This document shows positions 1 through 9,923 of a stretch of 64,000 nucleotides of DNA, piece after piece. Position 1 is the stretch's first letter, and each line of letters starts with the position of its first letter. Source of the stretch: a virus (taxonomy: Duplodnaviria; Caudoviricetes); IMG/VR virus record IMGVR_UViG_2562617096_000005. The stretch is one strand, 5' to 3'. Both the position numbers and the translations under genes were made by a program. Below the pieces are notes generated by a model. That model had not been told where the DNA came from. It was given only the letters and a program-made list of their open reading frames with translations, and made no database searches.

Positions 1-5
1 ACGTA

Positions 6-812
6 TTGGAAAAAAGATTAGGATTTAAAAAAGATACAGAACCTGTTATTAATCTTCTTAGAAGATATTATCATCAAGATTTATATTTCAACCTGCAAGG
101 TAAACTTGAAGCAAGGTATCAAGGGTTGAAGCAAGGATGTGCTGTAGCATCTTTTTTAGCTAACGCTTGCTTATATGAACTTGATGAATATATGGCAAAT
201 AAATATGAAATTTATTATAGATATAGTGATGATACAGTTGTCATTGATAATCATGTTGAAAATGTTATTACAGACATGAACAACATTATAAGTAAATATG
301 GAGTCACTTTAAATCCTAAGAAAGTAGAACCTTTGTATTCTGATAAATGGTTTAAATTCTTAGGATTTTTGATTAAGGGAAATCAAATAACTCTAAGTGG
401 AACAAGAGTGAAAAAATTTCAAAAGGAAGTTGAAAAAAGAAGCATTAAAAGACGAAAATGTTCTAGCAAACAAGCAAAAAATGCAATTACAAAATTCCTT
501 TACGAAGGAGAATTTAACTGGGCTACATCATGTTTAAGTATTATAAATGTAGAAAAAGATATCAATGAATTAAATGGTTTTATTATGGATTGTATTCGAG
601 CTTGCGAAACAGGGAAAAAGAAAATTGGCGGATTAGGAAGTGTAACTAATCTTCCTGATAAAACAATTCTTAGAGGTACAGGAAGAAATGTAAAAAGCAA
701 TAAGGCAAAAACAGGTTATATTGAAAAATATATATCTGTTGGATGTTTAGCTAAAGACGTAAAGCTGGCTCAACCAGTATTTGAAACTGTTGTAAGGAAT
801 ATGTGGAGGTAA
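6..812 (+). CDS. Reverse transcriptase, 3' part (gene begins upstream of the window), unclassified type
   Basis: QGLKQGCAVASFLAN (RT4), YYRYSDD (catalytic YxDD), LNPKK (RT6), FKFLGF (RT7). No group II domain V/VI follows; next ORF starts 4 nt after the stop. Confidence 0.9.
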   Translation: MEKRLGFKKDTEPVINLLRRYYHQDLYFNLQGKLEARYQGLKQGCAVASFLANACLYELDEYMANKYEIYYRYSDDTVVIDNHVENVITDMNNIISKYGVTLNPKKVEPLYSDKWFKFLGFLIKGNQITLSGTRVKKFQKEVEKRSIKRRKCSSKQAKNAITKFLYEGEFNWATSCLSIINVEKDINELNGFIMDCIRACETGKKKIGGLGSVTNLPDKTILRGTGRNVKSNKAKTGYIEKYISVGCLAKDVKLAQPVFETVVRNMWR

Positions 813-816
813 GAAT

Positions 817-2172
817 ATGAGCAATTATTGGGAATATAGAGATGTAAAAGTATTAATTGCAGAAAGACTCATGACAATGGACGGATGGAAAGTATATGGT
901 TATCATCCAGACAATAGTGATGCTATGATAGATTACTTTGATCCAGCTTATTGGGATGGAATTGCAGAAAAGAATGGGTATGTTCTTTGTGTAGATGTAT
1001 TCGGTGCTTCTGAAGCAAAGGAAATCAGAGAATATAATTATAATGGTACTGCAATTAATATGTCTATCCAAGCTAAAATTGAAAAACTAGAACAAATGAC
1101 TGTTGAAAGAGGAGCGAGTGAACAGGAAGAAGAATCTGCTAAGAAAATGATTGAAAATCTTCGCCAAAAGGCTGCAAAAGAAACTGAAACGGAAAAATAT
1201 ACAGTTGTTGGTATGATGCCGGGACACATGGCACATCCACCTAGAATGAACTGGCATATTGAAAAAGATGGCGTATATATTGCAAAAGGAAATGGATTAT
1301 TAAAATTTCATGGAATTGATAGTTATTATAAATATCGTCAATATATGGAAGATTTATCAGACTATAGAAAGCTGAGTAAAGAAAAATATAAAGAAAAATT
1401 TATGTTTGAACATAGAGATTCTTATAAGCCTGAAAGACTTAACGATGCTTTTGAATATCACTATAAAGAAATCTCAGAAAAGGCAAAGCTTTGCCAACAG
1501 TTTGATGCTCTTATAAATAAATTTGATACCACTTGCGGTGGACTGCTTGGAAGTGGAGATGGTTATATTTATGAAGAAAAAACTGTAACCGAGTACAAAA
1601 AGGAAATGAAACCTTTTGAAACAGAAACAGGAGTTTTAAAAGAAGGACAATGTTTTATTCTGAAAACTAGATTTAACTATGGTCATAACAAGGGACAAGT
1701 ATTCAGGATACATGAGACAGAATACAATGGACAGAAAAACTATCATGCATATAAGCTAAATGGTAAATGCACAAAAGAATGCACAGGTAGAGCAAATTCT
1801 TCTAACTCTTGGAATTGTTTTAATGAAAAATTCTTTAAATGGATTGAAGAAGGATTTATTTCTTGGTGCGAAATAAGAGAAGTTAAAACCCCTTACGAGG
1901 TGAAAAAGGTAGTGAAAACAAAGATTAGTAACGCTAAAAATAATGAGGAGTCAAATAATAAAAGAAGATATACATATGATATTTCCGAAGATGTGGATAC
2001 AAGAGATGGAAGTAAAATCTGGTTGGTAAAAGTGAAAGAGAAACTGTCTAAGGAAGAATATGTCAATGTCAATCACTGGATGAAAGAATTAGGTGGTTAT
2101 TATAGCAAATTTAAACACGCCTTTTTGTTTAAAGAAAATCCGGAAGCAAAGTTAAATATGGAGGCTGCATAA
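817..2172 (+). CDS. Hypothetical phage protein (451 aa), closely spaced after the RT
   Basis: Long ORF, GGAGG RBS inside the RT 3' end; no catalytic motif recognised. Confidence 0.75.
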   Translation: MSNYWEYRDVKVLIAERLMTMDGWKVYGYHPDNSDAMIDYFDPAYWDGIAEKNGYVLCVDVFGASEAKEIREYNYNGTAINMSIQAKIEKLEQMTVERGASEQEEESAKKMIENLRQKAAKETETEKYTVVGMMPGHMAHPPRMNWHIEKDGVYIAKGNGLLKFHGIDSYYKYRQYMEDLSDYRKLSKEKYKEKFMFEHRDSYKPERLNDAFEYHYKEISEKAKLCQQFDALINKFDTTCGGLLGSGDGYIYEEKTVTEYKKEMKPFETETGVLKEGQCFILKTRFNYGHNKGQVFRIHETEYNGQKNYHAYKLNGKCTKECTGRANSSNSWNCFNEKFFKWIEEGFISWCEIREVKTPYEVKKVVKTKISNAKNNEESNNKRRYTYDISEDVDTRDGSKIWLVKVKEKLSKEEYVNVNHWMKELGGYYSKFKHAFLFKENPEAKLNMEAA

Positions 2173-2774
2173 TGAATGTAAAGATTAGTAATGGGAATTC
2201 AAAGATGGGAAAAATACCAAGCGTATCTTTTCCATCTTTATTGACTTGTATTAAATGTGATTGTAATAAAATCTGTTATGCTCATAAATTGGAAAAACTA
2301 CGACCTTCTGTGAGACAGTCTTATTTACATAATTGGAATTTATATAAATCAGATAGAGAAACTTACTGGAGAGAAATCGAGGCAACGATTATGTTGTCTC
2401 GATTTTTTAGATTTCATGTATCTGGTGATATTCCAGATCAAGATTATATCCACAGAATGATAGACGTTGCAAACAGACATCAGCATTGCGAAATCTTATG
2501 TTTCACTAAGAAGTTTGATATGTGCAATAAAGAAATATCTGAAAGAAAAGGCGAACTACCTAATAATTTACATCTTATTTATAGTGGTTGGAAGAATTTA
2601 AAAATGAAAAATCCATACAATCTTCCAGAAGCTCATGTGAGATATAGAGATGGTACTACAACAGCAATGGAAGAAGCTATTGAGTGTGACGGAGATTGTA
2701 CTGAATGTGCAATTACGGATAGTGGTTGCTGGGTATTGAAAAAGGGAGAACAAGTTGTGTTCACTCAACATTGA
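2172..2774 (+). CDS. GP88-like (radical-SAM-related) phage protein
   Basis: GNSKMGK, Cys cluster ending CYA, FRFHVSGD, FTK and a Cys-rich C-terminus. Confidence 0.65.
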   Translation: MNVKISNGNSKMGKIPSVSFPSLLTCIKCDCNKICYAHKLEKLRPSVRQSYLHNWNLYKSDRETYWREIEATIMLSRFFRFHVSGDIPDQDYIHRMIDVANRHQHCEILCFTKKFDMCNKEISERKGELPNNLHLIYSGWKNLKMKNPYNLPEAHVRYRDGTTTAMEEAIECDGDCTECAITDSGCWVLKKGEQVVFTQH

Positions 2775-2788
2775 AAGGAGAGTTAAAA

Positions 2789-3449
2789 ATGAAATATATG
2801 ATGATTTGTTATTCAGAGCATGACAACGAAATTGTAGAACATAAGTTGTTTGACTCTCTTAAAGAAGCTGTTGAATACATGACACATGATATAAATAAAA
2901 CATACAGAACAGAAAAATTCATGATTGAATCAGATAGTTGTCACAAGGTAATTGAGGAGATGACTGGAATGGTTGAGTCCTGTGCAGGAGAATATAGATG
3001 GACATGGACAATTTTTAAAGTGGAGGTATAAACAATCAAATGTCAATTAGAGATTTTTTAGAAATGTGTACAACGCAAGATAATGTTAATATAAGCATCT
3101 TTGATTGTGATGCAGAAGAGAGTACATTCAGAGGAACTATTGAAGATGCACTAAATTGTGAAGAAGATTGGCTTTTAGAAATCTTAGAGGAGTATATAAC
3201 CTCATGGGATTTTGATCATTTCACAAGAGAAATCGGAATCAATTATTAGGAGAATACAAAATGGAAAGAAGTATTACAAAAGCAAAGGAATTATGGAAAG
3301 ATTTTGGAAATGTGCCGATGAATCCAGAAACAGAATGTATTGAAGAAGAATGGAACGGGTTTCCGGCGGGAACACATAGAGAAGAAATCTGGCATTGGTT
3401 TGAAGAAGAGTTTGATTTAAGTGTTGCAGAAGATTTAATGGGATTGTAG
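2789..3449 (+). CDS. Three small hypothetical proteins (2789-3031, 3040-3249, 3261-3449)
   Basis: Tandem ORFs, each with an RBS; the third has FPAGTHREEIWHWFEE, common in Firmicute phages. Confidence 0.65.
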
Positions 3450-3466
3450 AAAGAGAGGAATATATT

Positions 3467-4124
3467 ATGGGATTAGATATGTATTTAAATAAAGCGAAAA
3501 GATTTAATGATGCAAATATTAAAGAAATTATTAGTATAAATTGTTATTTACAATGGAAAGAACAAGATAACGAATATTCGTTATTAGAATGGTGTGGTGT
3601 TAAAGAAGAAAAAAATAAATAAAGACTTGCTGCCTTTATATGAAAGTGAATTTAATACAAGGTATTATTCATGGGATGATGAGAAAAAATATGGTAGAAA
3701 GAGTATTATATCTTATCTTGCAGACTGGAGGAAGGCAAATCAAATTCACAGATGGTTCGTTGAAAATGTACAAGATGGAAATGACGATTGTGAAATTTAT
3801 GAAGTGTCTAAAGAACAACTGGAAGAATTACTTACATTATGTAAGATTGTTTTGGAGAATTCAAAATTGATTGATGCACAAGTTAAGAATGGTCAAACCT
3901 ATGTTGATGGAGAATGGGTAGATAATTATGAAGATGGTCAAGTTATTGAAAATAATGTTATAGCAAGGAAATTATTACCTACAGCTTCTGGATTTTTCTT
4001 TGGAAGTACAGAGTATGACCAATGGTATTTAGAAGATATTAAACATACTATTGCTGTTCTTGAAGACTGTTTAAGAGATACTGATTTTGAACACGAAGTT
4101 GTTATGTATAGCAGTAGTTGGTAA
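3467..4124 (+). pseudogene. MGLDMYL/WRKANQIH-family phage protein, frameshifted at an A7 run
   Basis: ATG 3467 reads MGLDMYL...WCGVKEEKNK*; the +1 frame continues INKDLL...WRKANQIHRWF...GFFFGST. Removing one A from 3609-3615 joins them. Confidence 0.75.
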
Positions 4125-4166
4125 TAAGTATTTGCATAGTTGGAGATTGCAAGAAAGGATAAATAT

Positions 4167-6136
4167 ATGAGTTTTAGTAGAGAAGAGACAATATGTGAAT
4201 TAAATAAATTCTGGGAAACCGAAATTAAATACTGGGAACATAAACTAGGTGTTACTTCCGATGAATCGAAAGAACCATACATTAAGTCACTGGAAGAAAT
4301 GGGGAATATGGAATTAAAGTATTCCCCAATGTATCCTTTTCCAGAAGAAAAATACAGACTTGATGTAGAGGGTGTAAAAGATTTCTTTAGGTACAAGAAA
4401 ATGAATATCTATGGAAAAGATTGGAAAACAAAAACAACTGGTGGACGTAATTGGAAATAAGGGGGAAGAGCTATGACATTATATGAATATTTATCATTAG
4501 TAGAGTATAATGATGAAATTACTGTATGGGATAAAGGGTATTATGTAGAAATGTATTTTTATGGCGGCATTGAAGAAAGAGATAAGTGGTGGGATAAATC
4601 AATAAGTGAATTATCTAAATTATTAACAATAACTACTATTCATCCTACAGGTGTAACAGTTAATTATTCAGAGGTTATAGAAAAACATTTGGAAGACTTG
4701 AAAAGAGCGAACCTGTTTGATGTAACCGAAACTGATTATATCATGGATATTATAGAGTCAATTATGTCAGGTAATGTTTCAGAAGAATGGATGAAAAAGT
4801 TTGTAAATATATTGAAAAGTAATTAATAGGAGATGATAAATAATGGATTATGAAATGATTTTAGATGAAATTATTAGATTTGAGAATTTAACTTCACAGG
4901 AAATACAGGATGAGTTAGTACCTATCATTAAAAGCTACGATATAAATTTCTTATCCAAGCTCGTTAATGTATCTAAGGACAATATTCATAGAATATGCAA
5001 AAGTTTATTTGTAAATAAAAATCAAAGAGTTTCTTTTAAGCTCTATATTAAGCTCTTAGCTCTTGGTAAAGCAAAGCAAAGTAATTAGGAGGAAACAAAA
5101 ATGGAAGAACTTAAAAAGCTAAATGGAAAGAAAGTATCTTTGAAAACACTAGAAGAAGTTGAATGTTCAATGCACGTTTTAAGTATGGAATGTTTAGGGA
5201 CTTCCGGAATGTATATCGGATTTAATTGGTATTCAATCGGTTTGGATGATGGAACAGAAATTGATGTTTATTGTAGATATTAAGGAGGGAAGAAAAATGT
5301 TGGAATTATTAAATGAATTTTATATTGGAAGCGAAAAATATTGTACTGTACAAATTGGGAAAAAACAAGAATGTGTCAGTTGTTCCAGAAAAGGAATATA
5401 AACTAATTTGGGGAAAATATAATCCAAACAGATGGGGAAACAAGGAAATAGCGTAGTAAGAATTGTTCTAGTAGGAGAATAGAGATGAATAAAATGGAAT
5501 TTAAAAAATCAAAGGAATATAAAGATATATTTAAAAAAATTAAAAACTATCATGAAGGCTTCAAATTTACGTTGCCCTACTACAAAATGACACAAGGACA
5601 GAAAAATGCAATAAATATTATCACAAGCGATTGTATTAAGGAAAGAATAATTGACTCTGTATCTATTGGGTTAAATTTATCAGGCGAAATTACAGAAGAA
5701 ACATTTATTAGATTGTAAAAGTAAGGGGAAATAACCTATGAAAAAATACAAAATTGATGATTTAACAATGGAAAATATTGCTACATACATGAATGATGAA
5801 GTGAGAGAAAAAGTACATTTAAAAGAAGCACCATGTTCAAATGAACATTTTCTTGTCGCATATTATGAAGAACTTCAATCAGGAGAATTTGAGAAACAAA
5901 GTGAATTTTATGATTTGTTGCTAAATGAATTCAATATTGATATTGAAGAATTACAGAATATTGAAAGAGTGACTACCTACAATAACCACGAAATCTCTTT
6001 AGAGTGTTTGCGAGACTTAGAAAAAGAGTATGTTGTTAAAGCATGTATAAAGAACGGGTTTAGTGGCTGTAAGATAGGAAAGATATGGTATACGCTGTGT
6101 TTAATAAATGGTACTGATGTGGAAGTATATGTGTAA
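4167..6136 (+). CDS. Cluster of small hypothetical proteins (4167-4460, 4473-4826, 4843-5088, 5101-5283, 5485-5718, 5738-6136)
   Basis: Closely packed ORFs with SD sequences. Confidence 0.65.
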
Positions 6137-6161
6137 TGTTAGGGAAAGGACAGGTAATATT

Positions 6162-6821
6162 ATGAATTTAAATATCAGTAAAGAAAATGTAAAAATTGAA
6201 GGAAATACCATTGTAATTAAGATTACGGATGAATTAAAGGAAAGCTTAAAAGGGATTTTAAATACCTCTGAAAAGCTTTTAAAAGATTGTAAAATCGGTG
6301 AAGTTGTCACTGACAATATTGGAGTCAAATGGATTGTAATAAGGCATGATGAGGATGAAACAACAAAGCTGTGGAGAAAAGAGTTGTTACCAGAAACTCG
6401 CAGGTTTGATAAGGAAAGTAATAATTTTTATGGGAGTGAAATTCAGAAATTTTTAAACGCCGAATATATTAAATATGTAGAAGAAGGTTTCGGAAAAGAA
6501 AATCTTTGTATACAGGAGGTTGATTTAACATCTCTTGATGGACTTACAACATACGGAGTTTGTAAATGTCCGATAAGATTAGGTGGAATTGACGATTATA
6601 GAGCTGCAAGAAGGCAAGGATTATATAGAGAGAAAAACAACAACCCATTTTGGCTTGATACACCAGATAGTACAAATGAAGGTCATAATGCTTCCAATGT
6701 TCAGTTTGTCTGCTGCAATGGTTGCGTGGGCTGCGGCGGTTGCGGCTGGGCTGACTTCTCTGTTCGCCCGTTTATCTCTTTGAAATCTGATATCTTTGTA
6801 TCTGTAGAAAACGAGAACTAG
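6162..6821 (+). CDS. DUF6273-like protein, probable DGR target (C-type lectin-like C-terminus)
   Basis: VDLTSLDG, FWLDTP and terminal SVRPF motifs; A-depleted 3' region. Confidence 0.75.
   Translation: MNLNISKENVKIEGNTIVIKITDELKESLKGILNTSEKLLKDCKIGEVVTDNIGVKWIVIRHDEDETTKLWRKELLPETRRFDKESNNFYGSEIQKFLNAEYIKYVEEGFGKENLCIQEVDLTSLDGLTTYGVCKCPIRLGGIDDYRAARRQGLYREKNNNPFWLDTPDSTNEGHNASNVQFVCCNGCVGCGGCGWADFSVRPFISLKSDIFVSVENEN
6690..6775 (+). repeat. Putative DGR variable region (VR)
   Basis: Only 3 A in 6704-6773; codons TGC TGC AAT GGT TGC GTG GGC TGC GGC GGT TGC GGC, mostly NNY, end in GTTCGCCCG. Confidence 0.7.
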
Positions 6822-6832
6822 TCCAATAAACA

Positions 6833-6852
6833 GGACTAGCACAAGCTAGTCC
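6833..6852 (+). promoter_or_regulatory. Perfect hairpin downstream of the VR (candidate DGR target-recognition hairpin)
   Basis: GGACTAGC-ACAA-GCTAGTCC, 8-bp stem and 4-nt loop. Confidence 0.55.
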
Positions 6853-6873
6853 GTGAAGTATAGGAGAAAGAAA

Positions 6874-9091
6874 ATGGATGGTTTTTATATTGTAAACACA
6901 GAAAAGTTTTTTAATACAATTACAAAAGATTTGAAAAGTTCAGGATATGAATGGATTGGGGTTAATAAAAATCCTACGTTTTTAGAATGTAAAAAGCAGA
7001 TTCATGGTAATGCAAAACTTATTATTCATGCTTTTTATAATGATATTACTGGAAAAAATGAAATTCAATTTGGAACAAAAAGAATATATAGATCATATCA
7101 ACAATTTAAGAGAATAAAATACATAAATGACTTAACTGAAATAAGGAATAATGCAAAAAGTGTTGCGAAAAGAGATGGATATAATCAAGTAATAATTGAA
7201 GATAAAGATGGTTATTACTCGTTTAGTAGAAAATATGACGGATGTTGTCCATTGTGGTATGGGAGAATTATAGAAGAAATAACGATATAAAAAGATAATT
7301 TCAAACGGAGGAAATAATTATGGAAATTAAAAATTTATCACAGCTGAAAAAAGCAATCAAAGAAGGTCATAAATTTATTATCAGAAAACATTATATTAAA
7401 CCAGAATATGAAGGGCAGATTAGAAAACCTAACTGGGTACTAACAAACGGATTCTATAGTATTGAAAATGAAAAACCTGACAGTGAAGTGACATTAGCAA
7501 ATAATGGAAAAGGAAGTTGGATTGAGTATGGAAAAGCTTCAGATTGGGAGTTTGAAAATGGTGTTTGTAAACAATCTTTTCGTGGTAATAATGTGTGGGA
7601 AATTGAAATCATTTAATAATGAAAGAACGCTTTTATAAGGTGAGAGTGAATATGAATACAAGTGCAAGAAAGAGCCCAAAAACAGATAAGATGCTGCTAA
7701 GAAATAATGAACGCAAAATGGCTGGATTACCATTACATAGAAAGAAATGCAAAGGTCGTAGATGCTTGACAAGATGTGAAGCAGAGGAAAGTATAGAAGC
7801 ATTTTTAGACTACTGTAACAGAGATTAAATTATGATTTTTAGGAGGAATACTATGAACTCAGATGATAGATTTGAAATTTTAAATGAAATTGATAGTTGG
7901 GAAAAGGAATTAAAAAAATTGAAAAACTCAGATGAAGACGAGGCAGAACAGATTAGAGAAATTGAAGAAAGGATTTCTGATTTATATGAAGCTTTAGCAG
8001 ATTGTGAGTAAGGGAGTGTCGAGGATGAAAGAATATATTGTTGTAATTACATATAATTTTGATACAGATTTTGTTGCAATAAAATGTAAGACATACGAAG
8101 AAGCAGTTGAAAAGTTAAATGAACTGTTGAATGAAGAAATCGAAACAGTTAAAAGAGAAAATGAATATGCACCTTCTGTTCTTAGATTTGCAGATGATGA
8201 TGTAACCCTTGTTTATGGAAGCGGATATACTCTTGATTTGAAAAATGTATCTACAAGAGAATATTTGCTACAAGACTGTGCTTTTTATAAAATTATTGAA
8301 GTATAGAAAGAAGAGAGAACATGATGAAGGAATTAAAACAAAAATACATAGATATTTTAGAAGAAAATGATTGGAGTGTTTCTTCTTATACAGATGATGG
8401 TAGAGTTGAGCTTCAAAAGTATTCACCAGCAGGAGAAGATTTTTCTATCATTGTAGAAGTAGAAGATTTTACAGAATCGGTAAGAAAGTACGCAAATGAT
8501 TTTGATGCGGATGAACACGCAGAAATGTGGATTGAGGCAAGAGGTGAGGTAAACGGAGTGCCTGAAAGCATTAGAGAACTTATTGAGGACGCAGAAGCTA
8601 TTCAAGAAATGCTTGATGGTTTGGCTGATGCGTTGGAAGCGGTATGAAGGAAAACAATTAGAAGAGTTAAAATTTTATAACGAAAGGTGTTCTATATGAT
8701 AGAAGTTAAAAATGGTTTTGAGTGTACTGACGATGATTGTATGCAATGTCGTAAATATATAGGAGATAGAAAGTATATGTTCATTCAGGCACTTTGGTTA
8801 GATGCAATAGATGATGAAGGTATATATAGTGTAGTTGCAGGTACTATAGACGTATCTAAGATGACAACAGAGGATATTGAATGTGCCATCTATGGATATT
8901 ATGATAGTATTAAAAACATGGAACAGAAATATGAAGCAGCATTAGAGGATTTAGACTGGCTTGTTGCGGAATGTGAGTTTGAAAGTAAGATTACTTGGGA
9001 ATATGGAAGCAGGGTTGTCACTGAGAAAAGGGCAGAGGAAATTATTCAGAAATTCATTGATAGTGATGGAGAGGTGTTTTTGAATGAATAA
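6874..9091 (+). CDS. Cluster of small hypothetical proteins (6874-7290, 7320-7616, 7619-7828, 8025-8306, 8321-8647, 8687-9091)
   Basis: Tandem ORFs, most with an SD. Confidence 0.65.
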
Positions 9092-9122
9092 AATATTGTG
9101 TAAAAATTGTGTACAAATCATA

Positions 9123-9150
9123 TTGACGTTACACAATAAATGTGTATAAT
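9123..9150 (+). promoter_or_regulatory. SigA promoter with overlapping palindromic HicB-type operator
   Basis: TTGACG-N16-TATAAT with extended TG; TACACA-N5-TGTGTA inverted repeat overlapping the spacer and -10. Confidence 0.7.
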
Positions 9151-9176
9151 ATAATTGTAAGGAGGTGCAATTATAT

Positions 9177-9350
9177 TTGAAGCAACGTGAGTTGATAAAG
9201 AGATTAGAAGATGGTGGGTTTGTTTTTGAAAGACATGGTGGAAATCACGATATATACAAACGAGGCAATGATGAAGAGAAGATACCACGTCATCGAGAAG
9301 TCAATGAACGGTTGGCAAAAGCAATATTAAGAAAATGGGGATTATTATAA
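9177..9350 (+). CDS. hicA: HicA toxin (TTG start)
   Basis: LIKRLEDGGFVFERHGGNHDIY...IPRHREV, dsRBD-fold HicA signature. Confidence 0.9.
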   Translation: MKQRELIKRLEDGGFVFERHGGNHDIYKRGNDEEKIPRHREVNERLAKAILRKWGLL

Positions 9351-9386
9351 TCCCCTACCCATCTTTATATATAAGGAGGCAATAAA

Positions 9387-9827
9387 ATGAAAGTAGCATA
9401 TCCAGTAATATTTACAGATGTTGATACGAATATTTTAATTGAAGTGCCAGATTTGGAAATATTAACGGAAGCAAATGAGGAAGGAAAACCAAAAGGTACA
9501 CTGGCAGATGCAATTATGATGGCAAGAGATGCCATTGGAATTGCTTGTATTGAAAAGGAAGATAAAGGAGATGAGATAAAAGAACCTTCTTTGCTAGAAA
9601 ATATTGACATTACACAGTCTACTTTTGCAGGAGAAGGAAAGAATATAATTTCAATAGTTGATGTGGATTTAGTAGAATATAGAAGAAAGATTGACACAAA
9701 AGTTGTAAGAAAAAATGTTTCATTACCTAGTTGGTTGAATTATGAAGCAGATAAAGCAGGAATTAATGTGTCAAGAGTATTACAAGAAGCACTTATTAGT
9801 GTTTTAGGTGTTTCACGTAGAGTATAA
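9387..9827 (+). CDS. hicB: HicB antitoxin
   Basis: YPVIF...VPDL...AIMMARDAI and C-terminal ribbon-helix-helix VRKNVSLPSWL...NVSRVLQEAL. Confidence 0.9.
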   Translation: MKVAYPVIFTDVDTNILIEVPDLEILTEANEEGKPKGTLADAIMMARDAIGIACIEKEDKGDEIKEPSLLENIDITQSTFAGEGKNIISIVDVDLVEYRRKIDTKVVRKNVSLPSWLNYEADKAGINVSRVLQEALISVLGVSRRV

Positions 9828-9847
9828 AACAAAATAGAAAACATACG

Positions 9848-9885
9848 AAAAGCATTCAGAGAATATATATCTGAGTGCTTTTTTG
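9848..9885 (+). terminator. Intrinsic terminator after hicAB
   Basis: AAAAGCATTCAGA...TCTGAGTGCTTTTTT. Confidence 0.75.
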
Positions 9886-9923
9886 ATATTAAAAAAATAA
9901 AATTATAGAAGAAAGGCGTTGTT

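Noticed and set aside
6-900. RT as a group II intron
   Set aside because: No domain V/VI after the stop; the next gene starts immediately.
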